From NCBI GenBank assembly GCA_043228905.1, contig JBHGNT010000004.1, positions 4,774,001 through 4,838,000 of the forward strand: 64,000 nt of DNA, read 5' to 3'. This DNA comes from Azolla caroliniana. Lineage: Eukaryota; Plantae; Polypodiophyta. The notes under the pieces were generated by a model, which saw only the letters and a program-made list of their open reading frames with translations, had not been told where the DNA came from and ran no database searches. Shown in pieces: positions 1 to 11,806 of this stretch. Positions within the stretch are counted from its first letter, which is position 1. Each line of letters begins with the position of its first letter. The position numbers and the translations under genes are program-made.

Positions 1-1616
1 CTTGAAACTAATTGATGGAATGTTAGTGTTTCTAAAAGACATGATGTGCAAGGTACATGATAGTTAATCATTTGTTGACATTTTGACACAGTATGTTGAG
101 ATTTGTGCAATGACATCCTTCAAAAGAAAGGGAATGTGTCAATTCATTCCAAATGGAGGTTTTGACAACATCAAGGTTGTAGGGTGGGAAGGTAAACAAC
201 TTCTTAACCTTTGATTTAATCTGTTGGCTAGATTAGGTTTTGTAACAAAAAAGGATGCTATGTTGGTTTCTCAAAGAACATTAGTGGCTTCCAAACAACA
301 AGATTAACATTTCTTATTCCAAGAGGCTATAGCATTATTGCAGATAAGTTGCAAGGATTATTATTTTTGCATGACCTAATTCCGCATTTAGATGGTGGAT
401 CTTAAGACCTTGAGTGGGCTTTTGTTGGAAATAGGAGATTGAGTACGATATCATCAAATGAAGTTTATCACAAGTTTATTCACAAACATAAGTGGATGGA
501 AGAAAGTGTTATTAAGGTATGGGTTTTTTCACAAGCCCCTTACCTGGTGGTTTCATGTGATCACTACAATTTGATGTTTTCAATCGATGCTATAAGCTAA
601 GGTATTCATTTGGAATGTTATGGTAGGAGTTTTACAATTGGACAAAAAGAAAATTGTTAGTGGAATGCGCTTCTTTGTTCGATGGAACAGAAACATATTA
701 GACATCGACTTCTTTCATGTCTGATAGCTACAATGGTTTGGAGGTGTATCAAATTAGTGTGGATGTCTTTGACTAGTGTAAGACTATTTTCATTCAATTG
801 GTTTTGTGCACATATAGAGAACAATGGAGTGATGGGCCCCATTTCCAAATTATCTTTGAGTTCAATTGGAATACGCAGAATACCTTGGCTTTTGAGTCGC
901 AAATTGGGGTGAGGAAATATGTTGCAATTGACCAAGTTATAGAAGTTATAGAATCTCAATCATGAAGAGAGTTCATTGTGCAAGGTAACTTATCATTACA
1001 TATAATAGTCATCTAAATTGGTGTGTACGGTGGGATTGAGTTCATCATATTTAGATCCACAATGTGATAAAGTTTGTTAAAGTTATTAATGGTGGTATTT
1101 TTCTTTCTTAATGAAATTTGTTATCTAGGTTGAAAATTAAAAAAGGCTATGTGGAATCTATCCTTGCTGGAAAACATAGTGGGCTTTATATATTCTATGT
1201 ATACATTTTGAACATTCGACAAGTAGACGAACCATGGTTTGACACCATTTACACATTGTATTAGGTAGCTAATTTTTGCATGTTGACATGTGAAAGTGTC
1301 GTTAATTCACATGGCATCTGTTAGTTGAAAAGTCATCATGCTTACACGATACGATGACTTCTCAAGTGGCCTCCGCTTCAACAATGACATTTTATTCCCC
1401 CTACCCCACCCCACCCCCAACCAATATATGACAATCAAGATAATATTATATCTTGGTATTTTATTATGCCTATCTTGGTTCCCACTCTACATCATCAAAC
1501 ATTGTCAAAGAAATGATATGGATATGTCACAATCCATTGAGTGGCTGGCATGGCACTTTTCAAGATGAGTTCCCAATGCGTGGACAAGAGTGCCATACAC
1601 TTTTGGACGAGGACGT

Positions 1617-1950
1617 TGGTTTGATGGCCATTGTGTGGGCACACAAACAAGGAATGGCCAACAGGTGGTCGGAATCTTAATTAGTTGGCCATTCCTTGTG
1701 CCCACACGATGGCCATCGAAATCAATCGGTCATTCCTCGGGCCCGCACGATGGCCATCAGGAACCAGCCGGCCATTCCTCGTGCCCACACGATGGCCAAT
1801 CGAAATCCTTGTGGCCGCGCGATGGCCATCGAAATCAGTCGGCCATTCCTTGTGCCCCCACACAATCAATGGCCAATCGAAATCGGCCGGCCATCCCTTG
1901 TGGCCACACGATGATGGCCATTCGTTGGGCCCGCGCACGATAGCCATCAA
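1617..1950. repeat. GC-rich degenerate tandem repeat (~40-45 bp unit, core gatggccatcgaaatc..cggccattccttgtgcccacac)
   Basis: Roughly 7-8 imperfect copies with recurrent TGGCCA palindromes; they produce overlapping spurious ORFs on both strands. Confidence 0.8.
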
Positions 1951-1994
1951 AATAATGGGGGCGGTCATTCCTGTGGTCACAAACGAATCTTGAG

Positions 1995-2156
1995 GCCTGG
2001 CCTGTCACGTGAAGTGTTGGTTGGGCCCCACCTCTGTCACGTGACACGCACTCTCTCTTTGAGTTGAACATGAACCAAGCTCACGAGAAAGCCGTGATGC
2101 TCTCTACTCTCCCCTGTAACCCTAATCCTACCAAAAGCGAAACCCTAATTCAACAG

Positions 2157-2195
<39 letters not shown>

Positions 2196-2200
2196 AAACA
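1995..2200 (+). promoter_or_regulatory. Putative MIR390 promoter
   Basis: CACGTG G-boxes (~2006, ~2038), TGGGCC site II-like motif (~2022), AAACCCTAA telo-box (~2140), (CT)n tract, and TATAAAA at ~2192, about 80 nt upstream of the hairpin. Confidence 0.55.
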
Positions 2201-2268
2201 ACAGAAACCAGGCTCTCTTTTCTCTCAAGCTCATCGGAACAAAGGAATGGAGGAGGTCTGAAAGGCTC

Positions 2269-2298
2269 CCTGTCACAAAGCTCAGGAGGGATAGCGCC

Positions 2299-2333
<35 letters not shown>

Positions 2334-2382
2334 GCGGCAGATAAGAGCTATAGCGCTATCTTCTCCTGGGCTTTGCCACAGG
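2269..2382 (+). ncRNA. MIR390: MIR390 precursor hairpin (mature miR390 at 2278-2298, star at ~2354-2375)
   Basis: 2278-2298 reads AAGCTCAGGAGGGATAGCGCC, identical to canonical miR390. The 3' arm CGCTATCTTCTCCTGGGCTTTG pairs with it, and the flanks cctgtcac/gccacagg extend the stem. Confidence 0.95.
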
Positions 2383-4867
2383 CAGTCTTCTCTGTATCAT
2401 CAATTTGTACATAGACACGTCCTGGATTCATCTTCAAAGGGGCTTTACTGAGTTTGTTTCTGTTTTTTCACTCACATGTTTTTTATTTTCTCTGTATAGA
2501 ATCGATCATACTCGAAGCTAATATGTTTCGCTCTTGGTTTACTGTTTTTTAGAATTGACTTTACATTCAGGTTCTTGTTCTTGTTCTTGTTGTTGGTGGC
2601 GATGGCGGCCATGGTGGTGACTTGGAAAGAAGGGAAATCAAATGAAGCTTTAATGTGATTTTTCATGGAGAATGATGGACTCTGAGATTTTCTTGAGCCT
2701 GAGTTTGTAATGTAAAAATGGCTCATTCATAAATGCACACATTTACATATTTTTACATATTTTGAAGCACTATTGTTGAGCCTTCTGCAATATAAAAACA
2801 GACCATGTGTTTATCCTAGGTTTCATGGAGGAGGGTTTTCACTGAGAACCCCTTCAGCTTGGCTTTGTAATGTAAAAATGGTTCCGTTATATGTATATAC
2901 AAGTATTTTCCTGCCCAGTTTCTTTGTGAAGGAATGAATGCTTATTAGCTCCTTTCTAGTGATCTCTAAGCCTTTAAATTTAACGCTTTCAAGTAGATCT
3001 TTGGGCCCTTACAGAAGCAATGTCTCTGAACTGTGGGAAATTTTTTCTAAACAGCCGTTTTGCCTCCGCAGAAGCTAGATTATGTGCAGACATCCTTAAC
3101 ATATTCTTCCATGAAAAACACCTGCCATGCATTAAATGTTTCAAGAAAGAAATGTTGAGTTTTTACTCTGAAATCATATCCAAGCCAGCTCCTTTCATGA
3201 GAGAAAACTATATGCCAAACATTCCGTCACATTTAGGGTATTCTTTGACAAGAAAACTTAGCATCCTGTCCCAACCGCATGATAGGGAGAGATATTAATA
3301 TAAACATATTTTGATATCTGCAAAAATATTAAGGGATGAAGCATGATATTGCACGCTGAATCACATCCATTGCTGATTTATGTTACTGACGCGAAAGCTA
3401 CTTCTAAATAATCTTTTGATTACATACTTTTGATTTATGATTTGTTTCCTGTGTGATCTTTCCTCTCAGGGTGTCAAAAAAGAGTTCATTTTTGTAAGTG
3501 GGTTTAGTTTTACACGGAAATTTTGCCTCGTCATATATGTACTGTAATTATCTGTGTTTTTTGCTATGTTCTCTGCGAAAATAGGTGATTTATTTGAGTT
3601 TCTTTTGTAATATCCTTGTACCTTGAAGAGAGATTTTATTTTCATTGGTAATTTGCTTCCTGGTTAAACTTCCTCAGAATTTCAAAGATATGACGCAACG
3701 CTTCACATCATTTTGTAAGAATTGTGCTTTCTTTACATGGAAGTTCACCTCATCATATACAATATCTGTTATATTTGCTCTGTTCTCTGTGATTGATTTG
3801 TTTGAATTTCTTTTGTGATGCACTCGCACACTCTATAAGACTATATCCTTGCAAAAGAATTCAAATCAGTTTTTATTACTACTCCCCAAATACGAGCTGG
3901 TACTCAAAAGTAACATGAACAAAGACTTCAAAACTAGCAGAATCACATTAATTTGCCCTACCATTATATCATGCCTTGTGTGTACCGTCTGTTTAAGCAC
4001 ACAAAGAAAATCAAACCATTTTGTTTATTTACTTAACATAAAAAAACAGACAAGAGCATATACGTTTTTAACATAATATGGATTATTAATGTACATATCT
4101 GGACAACATTACAGGAATCATTAGTAGGAATACTTGTTTATCTATTCATATATCCTCAAGGAAAAATTATGCATAACATCTCTGCACAAGAATATAAAGG
4201 AAGGCCATGTGAAGGAATGCTTTATTTATGTACTCCATATAAAGAAGAGTGACAAGAATATACAATTGACACTTAACCATGTAAAATAGTTATGCGTCAT
4301 GGCTATGTCCATGTTGCAAGATGCTCCATCAACAAAAGATAAAGACCAGAAACACCTCTAGTTTACCTTCTTATGTTAGCGGTGACATGTTCTTGATACT
4401 AAATATGCAATATCTAGGATAGCCAATTGTGTTTCTTTTCAAAGGATTTATCACAAAATGTAAATTACCAAGAAACTTTGTAGGAAGAAGATGCTATCCC
4501 TTTCAAAACTAGCAAGAACTCTCCATCAGTAGAACCTCTCTTTTTATGTTGTAAGTCTTCTTGGTTTGGTACTATAGATGCTAAATAGAACAGCTCACTG
4601 TAATTCTTCTGCAAGGATTTTTCACAAAATGTACATTACCAGAAAATGATTTGTACGAAGAAGATAGTTGCATCCCTTTCAAAACTAGTTAGAACTCTCT
4701 CTCCATCACTAGAACCTCTCTTCAAGTTCAAGTATGGACCCAAATACAACGAAAAAGAAGTTAGATCTCCACAAAATTGTTCGCGTCAGCACTCAGCTCT
4801 CGCTTTTCTCTTGTTCTTTTGGCAAAAATCTTACTGCAATCACCCTTTTTTGGTATTATTAACAATT

Positions 4868-7800
4868 TTATTGCCTTGTGGTGAAGAAATCAAAATCTGG
4901 ATGCTTCACACCACGCTGTTTGAGCCATGATTCAGCCGAATTTGCGAGTGATGATGCATGTTGCTTATCCGAAGGGAGGGCCGATGCCCAAAATGGCCCT
5001 ATCAACTTGTAAGAAACTAGACCAAATGCCGGTAGCTCAAACATGGTTCCTGGGTTCGAGCTACAAGTAGATGGATTAAGAAGCCACTTTCCTTGATCAT
5101 GCTCTTGTTTGCTATGATAGGGATTGACAGATTCCATGATTTCCTTATATTGTATTGGAGGATCTGCAAGAAGAAGGCGTAATGTATGGACCAAATCACT
5201 TCCAAAAGATCAGAAAAAAGATAGAATTGTGGAATGTAATTGAAGGGGGACTGTAATTTTTAAGAAATTAAGTTTTAAATAGAAAAATATATCTTGGAAA
5301 CATCCAACCCCTACTTCAACAGAAACATAGAATATTATCAACAATAATAATTGAGTTACAAGGGCATGTAAAACGTTTGGACAGAATACAACTTAGAAGC
5401 AGTAATCCCCAAGTTTAGTAAAGTAGTTTAGAGAAGTATTTAGTAAGGAAAAAGGTATAGCTTGGAAGCATTGAGTTTGAAGGGTATATGCAGATTTGTT
5501 TTAAATTTGGGGCAGATATACTACCTTGGAAACATTGAGTCCAAAGGGAGTGGAATGTGAGGAAGCATGTAGGCAAATTGCTCATCATTGGTCCAGTTGG
5601 TATGCGATATATCGGATACCTTTTTCGAAGGCCAGTGCATAGAGTTAGAAGAGTGGAAGAAAACAAGAAAGACAAACTTACTTAAAGATTCAGAATCTTA
5701 CTTGCAAAAAGGGTTCATATATTAGTCGAAGTGTGGAATGACAGACAATTTCGAATCAAAGAATCAGAAGCTTACCATGCCACTGACACCCAGCTTGAAG
5801 GGGATAAGTCATCGCTTCTTAGCGAGAATAAGTAAGGGCATGTGGCAGCAAGTTCAGCTATCTGTATAACATTCATCCACATCAAGCTCAGCATCTTTAT
5901 CATATGGGATTGTTCCTAAGAGCCCATTTTTCAACAATTCTTAGTTCCAGAGTCTTATTTTGACAGTCTGTTCCTTTCCATAAATAGAATCCAACAATCA
6001 ATCACCCAAATATGAATGTGTAGTAGCCATTCACCTTTCCAGTAAAAGGGGCTCTTCCATGAGGACAGCATCTCTCAAAATATTCCACAATGAGCTCGCC
6101 CTGTTGATCACATTGTTCACTACAATCAGAGCTCGGTCTCTCTGATGAGAGACAACTCGAACTTTCCCACTGCTCAAATTTCCTTGAGGGTGGCTTCACA
6201 TTCTCATTATCACTGCCAAAATCACTGCTGCCATCCCTTATATCACTGGCATCACTCCAATCACTGTCATCGCCAGACCTCCTAAACAATATCAAATGAT
6301 GTGTATGATTTGTGTAGGATAATGTAAAAATAGTGCAGATACTAGACTACCTTTCACGAAATTATGCTTTTGGTCGTGTCATTTGACATATTATTTGACA
6401 GTTCTCTATTCCTTTGCACTACTAGCTTCAATGACCGGCTTTATTTTAGTTAACAGAAATATTTTTCTTACCTCTTTCTCTATGCGCTATTAGACCATGG
6501 TGGGCAAATATTTGCAGTGCACACAACTTAGTATATAATTGAAGGCACCAATAATTTCTTTTATTGAATAAATTCATTTCTACAATTTAGATCTTGCATT
6601 TTTTTACTCCTTGGAAATTGATGTGCCATATAGTGCTTGAAAAAAATGAAAAAAAGTAATGTGATTCAAAAGTAGACACTGTAGCAATTATATTCAGTTC
6701 AGGATCTGCATACCATAATATTTCAAGAAAAAAAACCAAAAGAGCAGGCTATAGAATCTTCCAATTTACCACACTATTTTCTGCCTTTTGCCAGGAAATA
6801 GATCGAATTGTCACATAATTTTTTCTTATTTTTACTAACGTAAAAAATGCAAGATCTAAATTGTGGAAAGGAATTACTTGAAAAAAAAAAAACTCGATGC
6901 CCACACCCACAAAATTTCTGCACATCATGTGCACAAATACAAAAACACAAACCGCGTATTTCACACTAACGCAACACATAATATGTGCACAACCACGTGT
7001 GAAAACGTGTACGTATGTACTATGCACTTCATGCGTGCACATCATGTGTAAATACAGATCATATCTGCACAGACCTTTGGATTGAAGAAGGGGAACAAGC
7101 AGCTGCCGGATGCCAGTATATCTGAAGGGCAGAGAGAGAAGGCACATAATATTGTACAATGGTCTCGCCACATGGCAATGTGAGCGGGACTCCGACACCA
7201 TAGGCGCTCCACTCATCAAACCCCCTCCACAAGTCAGCCAAGTTGAAATAAGGCTGAAAATTGCTCACACTATCAAGATTTATAGAAGGCCACCCACCTT
7301 CAGCCTGCCCAAACACAATAGAATGTCCATATACATATCCAAATATCATAGATAATCAGCAAGCATAACAAGCACACGTAATGAAGGAAAAACTTTGGGA
7401 AATTGACAAAGGAAACATTTGGGCTCTTTTTCACACATAGACAGAAGATATAAACTTTTGGAGACTGCAGAAAAAAAAATGGGGTCTTTACCGCTCTGGA
7501 AGAAAAATATGCAAACTTTAGGAAAACCGGGAGGGAAAAAGACTGTCTAAAGAAAAGAAAAACGTCGTTTCAGACATGCCTATACAACCAAAATGTATTC
7601 TATTAGCATCCCAAGATGAGAAATGTTTTGTCTAATAAAAGTCTTCTTTCTCCACATGAGAAATGCTTGTCCAAAGAACTTCCCCGCATGAGAAAATGCG
7701 TCTCAAAACACTTTTCCTTTTGATGGAGCACGAATTATTTATCTTTTTAAGGTTTTAAAACTTTTTGAGCACATGAGAAAACATATCCTACAAAAAAACT

Positions 7801-8041
7801 TCTTCTTATATCCTACCTAAAACGAAACTTCTTCTGATCCAATAAGCTACAAGGGAAAGCTGAGTAGGATTTCGGGGTTTCAAACTGAGTAGAATCGATC
7901 TTGAGGTTTTAACAAAAGAAATAGAGAGCTTACCTTGATCTTGGCAGGATAGATGCACTCAACAGATGGAGTGGTATGGTTCAGGAAGGAGGAAAGATTA
8001 GATCTGCTATATGTAGGTAGGAGCTCTTCATGATCCGCCAT
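4868..8041 (-). CDS. DUF789 family protein, 6 exons
   Basis: Exons 8041-7934, 7304-7075, 6281-6035, 5861-5776, 5619-5525, 5163-4868 with GT-AG sites and consistent phase. Motifs: SNLSSFLNHTTPSV, FNLADLW..FDEWSAYGVGVP, VQYYVPSLSALQIY, SWVSVAWYPIYRIPTG, CFLTFHSL, FGLVSYKL, HPDFDFF. Confidence 0.92.
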
Positions 8042-8649
8042 ATCTTTAGATCGATCGATCTATCTATCTATCAATCTATCTATCTATCAATCTAGAGAGA
8101 GAGAGAGAGAGAGAGACTTTTGTCCTAAGAGTCTTCCTCGTCCACTTTCTCTTTCTCCTCCTTTCTATATAAACCTTGGGCGGATGATTCAACAATCAAT
8201 CCGTGAGTGGATTTGCAGAACAGCGGAGCTCAGAAAGAAGCGAAGGGAGCAAAACCATAAATACAGCGACTCGATATGGTAACGAGAAATAAGAGTGTAC
8301 TAAAAAGGAATGCAAATTTTTGGATGCAGGACAAGTTGCAGACATATACAGATATGCAACATATTATTATACATATATATATATATATATGATATATATA
8401 CATGTATATATAGATATATGTATTGAGAGAGATGGAGAGATGGGGTCTCTCAATAAATGCAGGGGAAATTGTGTATGTGGGATGATGTGACTGATTTCCT
8501 GTGAATTGGTAGGGCCATCAGATCAATCTTTACTATTTTATCAGACCGAATCAGCCGGTCACATTCACAGTCTCCCATCCCCTGCTCCCACAATTACAAT
8601 TAAATCTTTATGAGAAAGAGGCTAGTGAAATCTGCAGCCTTTGCTCTGC

Positions 8650-8776
8650 ATAATACATATCATATGTAATACATACATACAGACATATATTATGCATGCA
8701 CAAACTATGTATCTTCTAATGTTTGCAACTTTGCTCTAGCCTCTGCATATACATATCATATGTATACATACATACA

Positions 8777-8807
<31 letters not shown>

Positions 8808-8903
8808 GCATTCACAAACTATGTATCTTTTAATGTTTGCACCTTTGCCCTGCATGTACATATCATATGTATACATACATACCTACATACATACATACAT
8901 ACA

Positions 8904-8934
<31 letters not shown>

Positions 8935-8985
8935 GCATGCACAAATGATGTATCTCCTAATGTTTGCACCTTTGCTCGACATGCC
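8650..8985. repeat. Compound minisatellite: 3 copies of a unit containing (TACA)n
   Basis: cacaaactatgtatcttctaatgtttgca-like core at ~8699, ~8813 and ~8940, separated by (TACA)n runs. Confidence 0.75.
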
Positions 8986-9299
8986 CGCCCTTCATCTCAA
9001 TGGAAACCTAGAGAAACCGAAGCTTTTGCTTGATGATTCTTAGCTCCTTCTCGCTAGGGCTCCGTATACGCCAGACTGACACCCAGAGGAAACTACGGTA
9101 ACCCATACAATGTGTGAGCATTGATTGCCCCATAAACATGAGGGGGTATGCGCCTCACACACAAGTGCTCATATAAAATGTGAAACACTTCAAGAGAACA
9201 GACGGCATAGAAACTTTGTCGAAATGTTCACTGGAGATATATTGAAGAAAGATTTGCTTGTATTTATTTAAATTCTATCACAATCATGTTCTGGCATTC

Positions 9300-11650
9300 A
9301 ATACCACGGATGCCTTGATCCGACTTTTTTGGAAAACTAATTGATGTGGGCTTTTATAATGATGCAACGTACTCTTATGCGATTTATTGCTTCATGGAGG
9401 AGCTTTGTGAGAAACCCCAAAAGAAAGAATTACTTTCTAAGCAAAAAGTGATTGTTGGGGATTGATGCTTTGGTTGAAACGGTAGCATGCGCAACATGAA
9501 GATTCGTACAAATCATAATGTTATGTTGCTTGGAGAATTTATATGAAATGAGTGCATGCCTTAGTCCAAAGGTTATTAGTATGTTGAACGAGAAATGTAT
9601 GTGGATGCACATGAAATATTAAGAAAGTCAAAACAAACAACTGTACTCCATATTAGCTTTTCAATAAGTGTGAAGGAAGCGGTGGATTTAAAATAGGGCC
9701 ACAAAACTACAGTCGCTCGTAGATGTGCAAAGAGTTGGGTTCTTGTGAAAGAGTAGGGATCAATATTGTTCATCATAAACCAAGTCAATTCTAAAATCCA
9801 ATGTTGTAATGATTATACATCTTCAAATTACATATATTTCAAGTGGTCATCACTCCATTAGTTCGGTGATAACATATTCCATCTGCCATGTTGACCACTA
9901 ACGTAAGGCTAATCAGTGCTAGCATATGCATCATGTGCAGAATACATAGTAGTTTTTTTTATCTAGTAAGGCACAAATATGAAGCCTCCAATATTAATTT
10001 CCTTTTTCAATAACTATTCTTGCACATATAAAGAAGTAAAATAATGATAGTGATTGTGTATACTGCATTATACATGGTAAATCATGATAGGGATTACAAT
10101 TTATGTGTACTAGGTTATATAATGATTTATGTCCTCTTGTTCTATCAAGGTTCAAGATTTCAATGGTAGGTGTTTGTCCTTTAGGGCAAACATTTTGTGA
10201 TTATTATCATGTTCTTAATTATGACTTTAATTTGTATCACTATGCTTGGATAGTGACACTATTTACATAATAAATCATGCAATAGTTTCCATGGTATAGT
10301 TATGTGAACTTAAAGTTTTAAGTGCTAATTATGTGATCCATCATAACCTCTATGCAATTTGTGTTTCGTTAGGTGACGAGGGCTTGTAATGTCATCTGCG
10401 AAATCCTAGTGTTAAGCAATGTCCATTTTTATGCATAGCATGAATAAGAGAATATATGGTCAGAGATTGTTCAATATTGACAAAGAACAATGAATAAAAG
10501 TGTCGAAGTCAAAAGGGAATAAGTGGAAATTTCTTGTGACAAAGTTGCGAGTCTTTTTCAATAACTACAACTTATTTTGCCTACAATCGTTAATCATTGG
10601 TTAACATTTCATAACATCACAAAAAATATTTCTAAGGCTTTCGGTAATTTCAAAGGGTGACCTAACTATTAAGGTCACCCCCCCTTGAATGAAATGAGAA
10701 TCCCACCTCTTTTCATGTCAGCAAGATTCTTATTGTTCTAGATATAACTTCTTTGTGTATCATGAATATCTAACTTTGTTACTTAATTTCAATCTATAAT
10801 AATGATGGAAATCATGGAGGTCAATATAGGCCACAAATGTTGAGAAATGATGAACCCAAGTTGAAAGAAGGGATACAAAGAAACCACACAATGATCTAGT
10901 GGATTGATCACATCATCAAAAGTTTGTAGGAACCAATTAGGTTTAAAAACCTAAATCCGAGTTTTGATGGATCCTCTCATAGATGAGTATATACATTGGG
11001 ACTAGAGGGATTGATTATGAAGAAACCGTTGCCTCAACATGCGACTACATCTGTAAATTGGTAATTGGGATTTTGTTGTACATCAAAATCACCCAAACTC
11101 CATGTTCCTTGATACACATCAACATGTCATGACATAGCATAGTTTGACCAAAATATGTCCCGAGTGCATGCATAATAAGCCTTGTTCTTCGAAATAGTTG
11201 GCAACTTAAATTTAGAGCCTTCGTAAAGAAAACCTAAGGATATGGTTAAGAGAAAATCACAATATAATTGGAGGGCATTACTATCTCGGAATTGAAGCAT
11301 TTTAGAAGCTTATATGGATCTTGGAATAATGAATTTCTATCTCAAAATTGGAAGTATTTTCGATGATGGAGAGTGCATATTTTACCTTACAACCAAAAGT
11401 ATGTGAATCCAAAACTAGAAAGCAATTAACATTGGAGTAGAGAGAGGGTTGTGATCAAGGAAAATGGTATCTAGTAATTCATTTTAGTACATGGTTGAAC
11501 ATTTGAGGTTTGCTTTGATTGGAAATCCTTTTATAAAAGAACCAATAGAGAACATCAACATTTGTTTCTCTTGTAAGTTCTTATCTAGAGTTTTGGTATT
11601 CTGTCATAGTTCATATTATTTTATTCCAAAAAATCGTAATATTATTTAAC
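9300..11650 (+). mobile_element. Possible heavily degenerate LTR-retrotransposon pol remnant
   Basis: No long ORF and no splice-supported gene; only fragmentary integrase-like or chromodomain-like words, so support is weak. Confidence 0.25.
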
Positions 11651-11806
11651 AGTGAATCATAATTTGGTTTACCGGAGAGACAAAGACAGAGATCATTTAC
11701 TAATACATTGACAAAGGTGGATGATTTTTATCATGGTGTCCTATGGAGTGTTACATCCATTTGTTTTGATACTTGACCAATGGGGCCTTGAAGGTGATTA
11801 CAAATG

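Noticed and set aside
1-1330. Possible decayed transposase sequence
   Set aside because: No motif could be recognised confidently
1617-1950. CRISPR-like appearance of the repeat array
   Set aside because: Eukaryotic context, degenerate units, no unique spacers, no cas genes
1590-2071. Overlapping ORFs in several frames
   Set aside because: By-product of the GC-rich tandem repeat; no splice or homology support
8760-9043. YIHT-repeat ORFs (also ~28056 and ~40422)
   Set aside because: Translations of (TACA)n/(TA)n microsatellites
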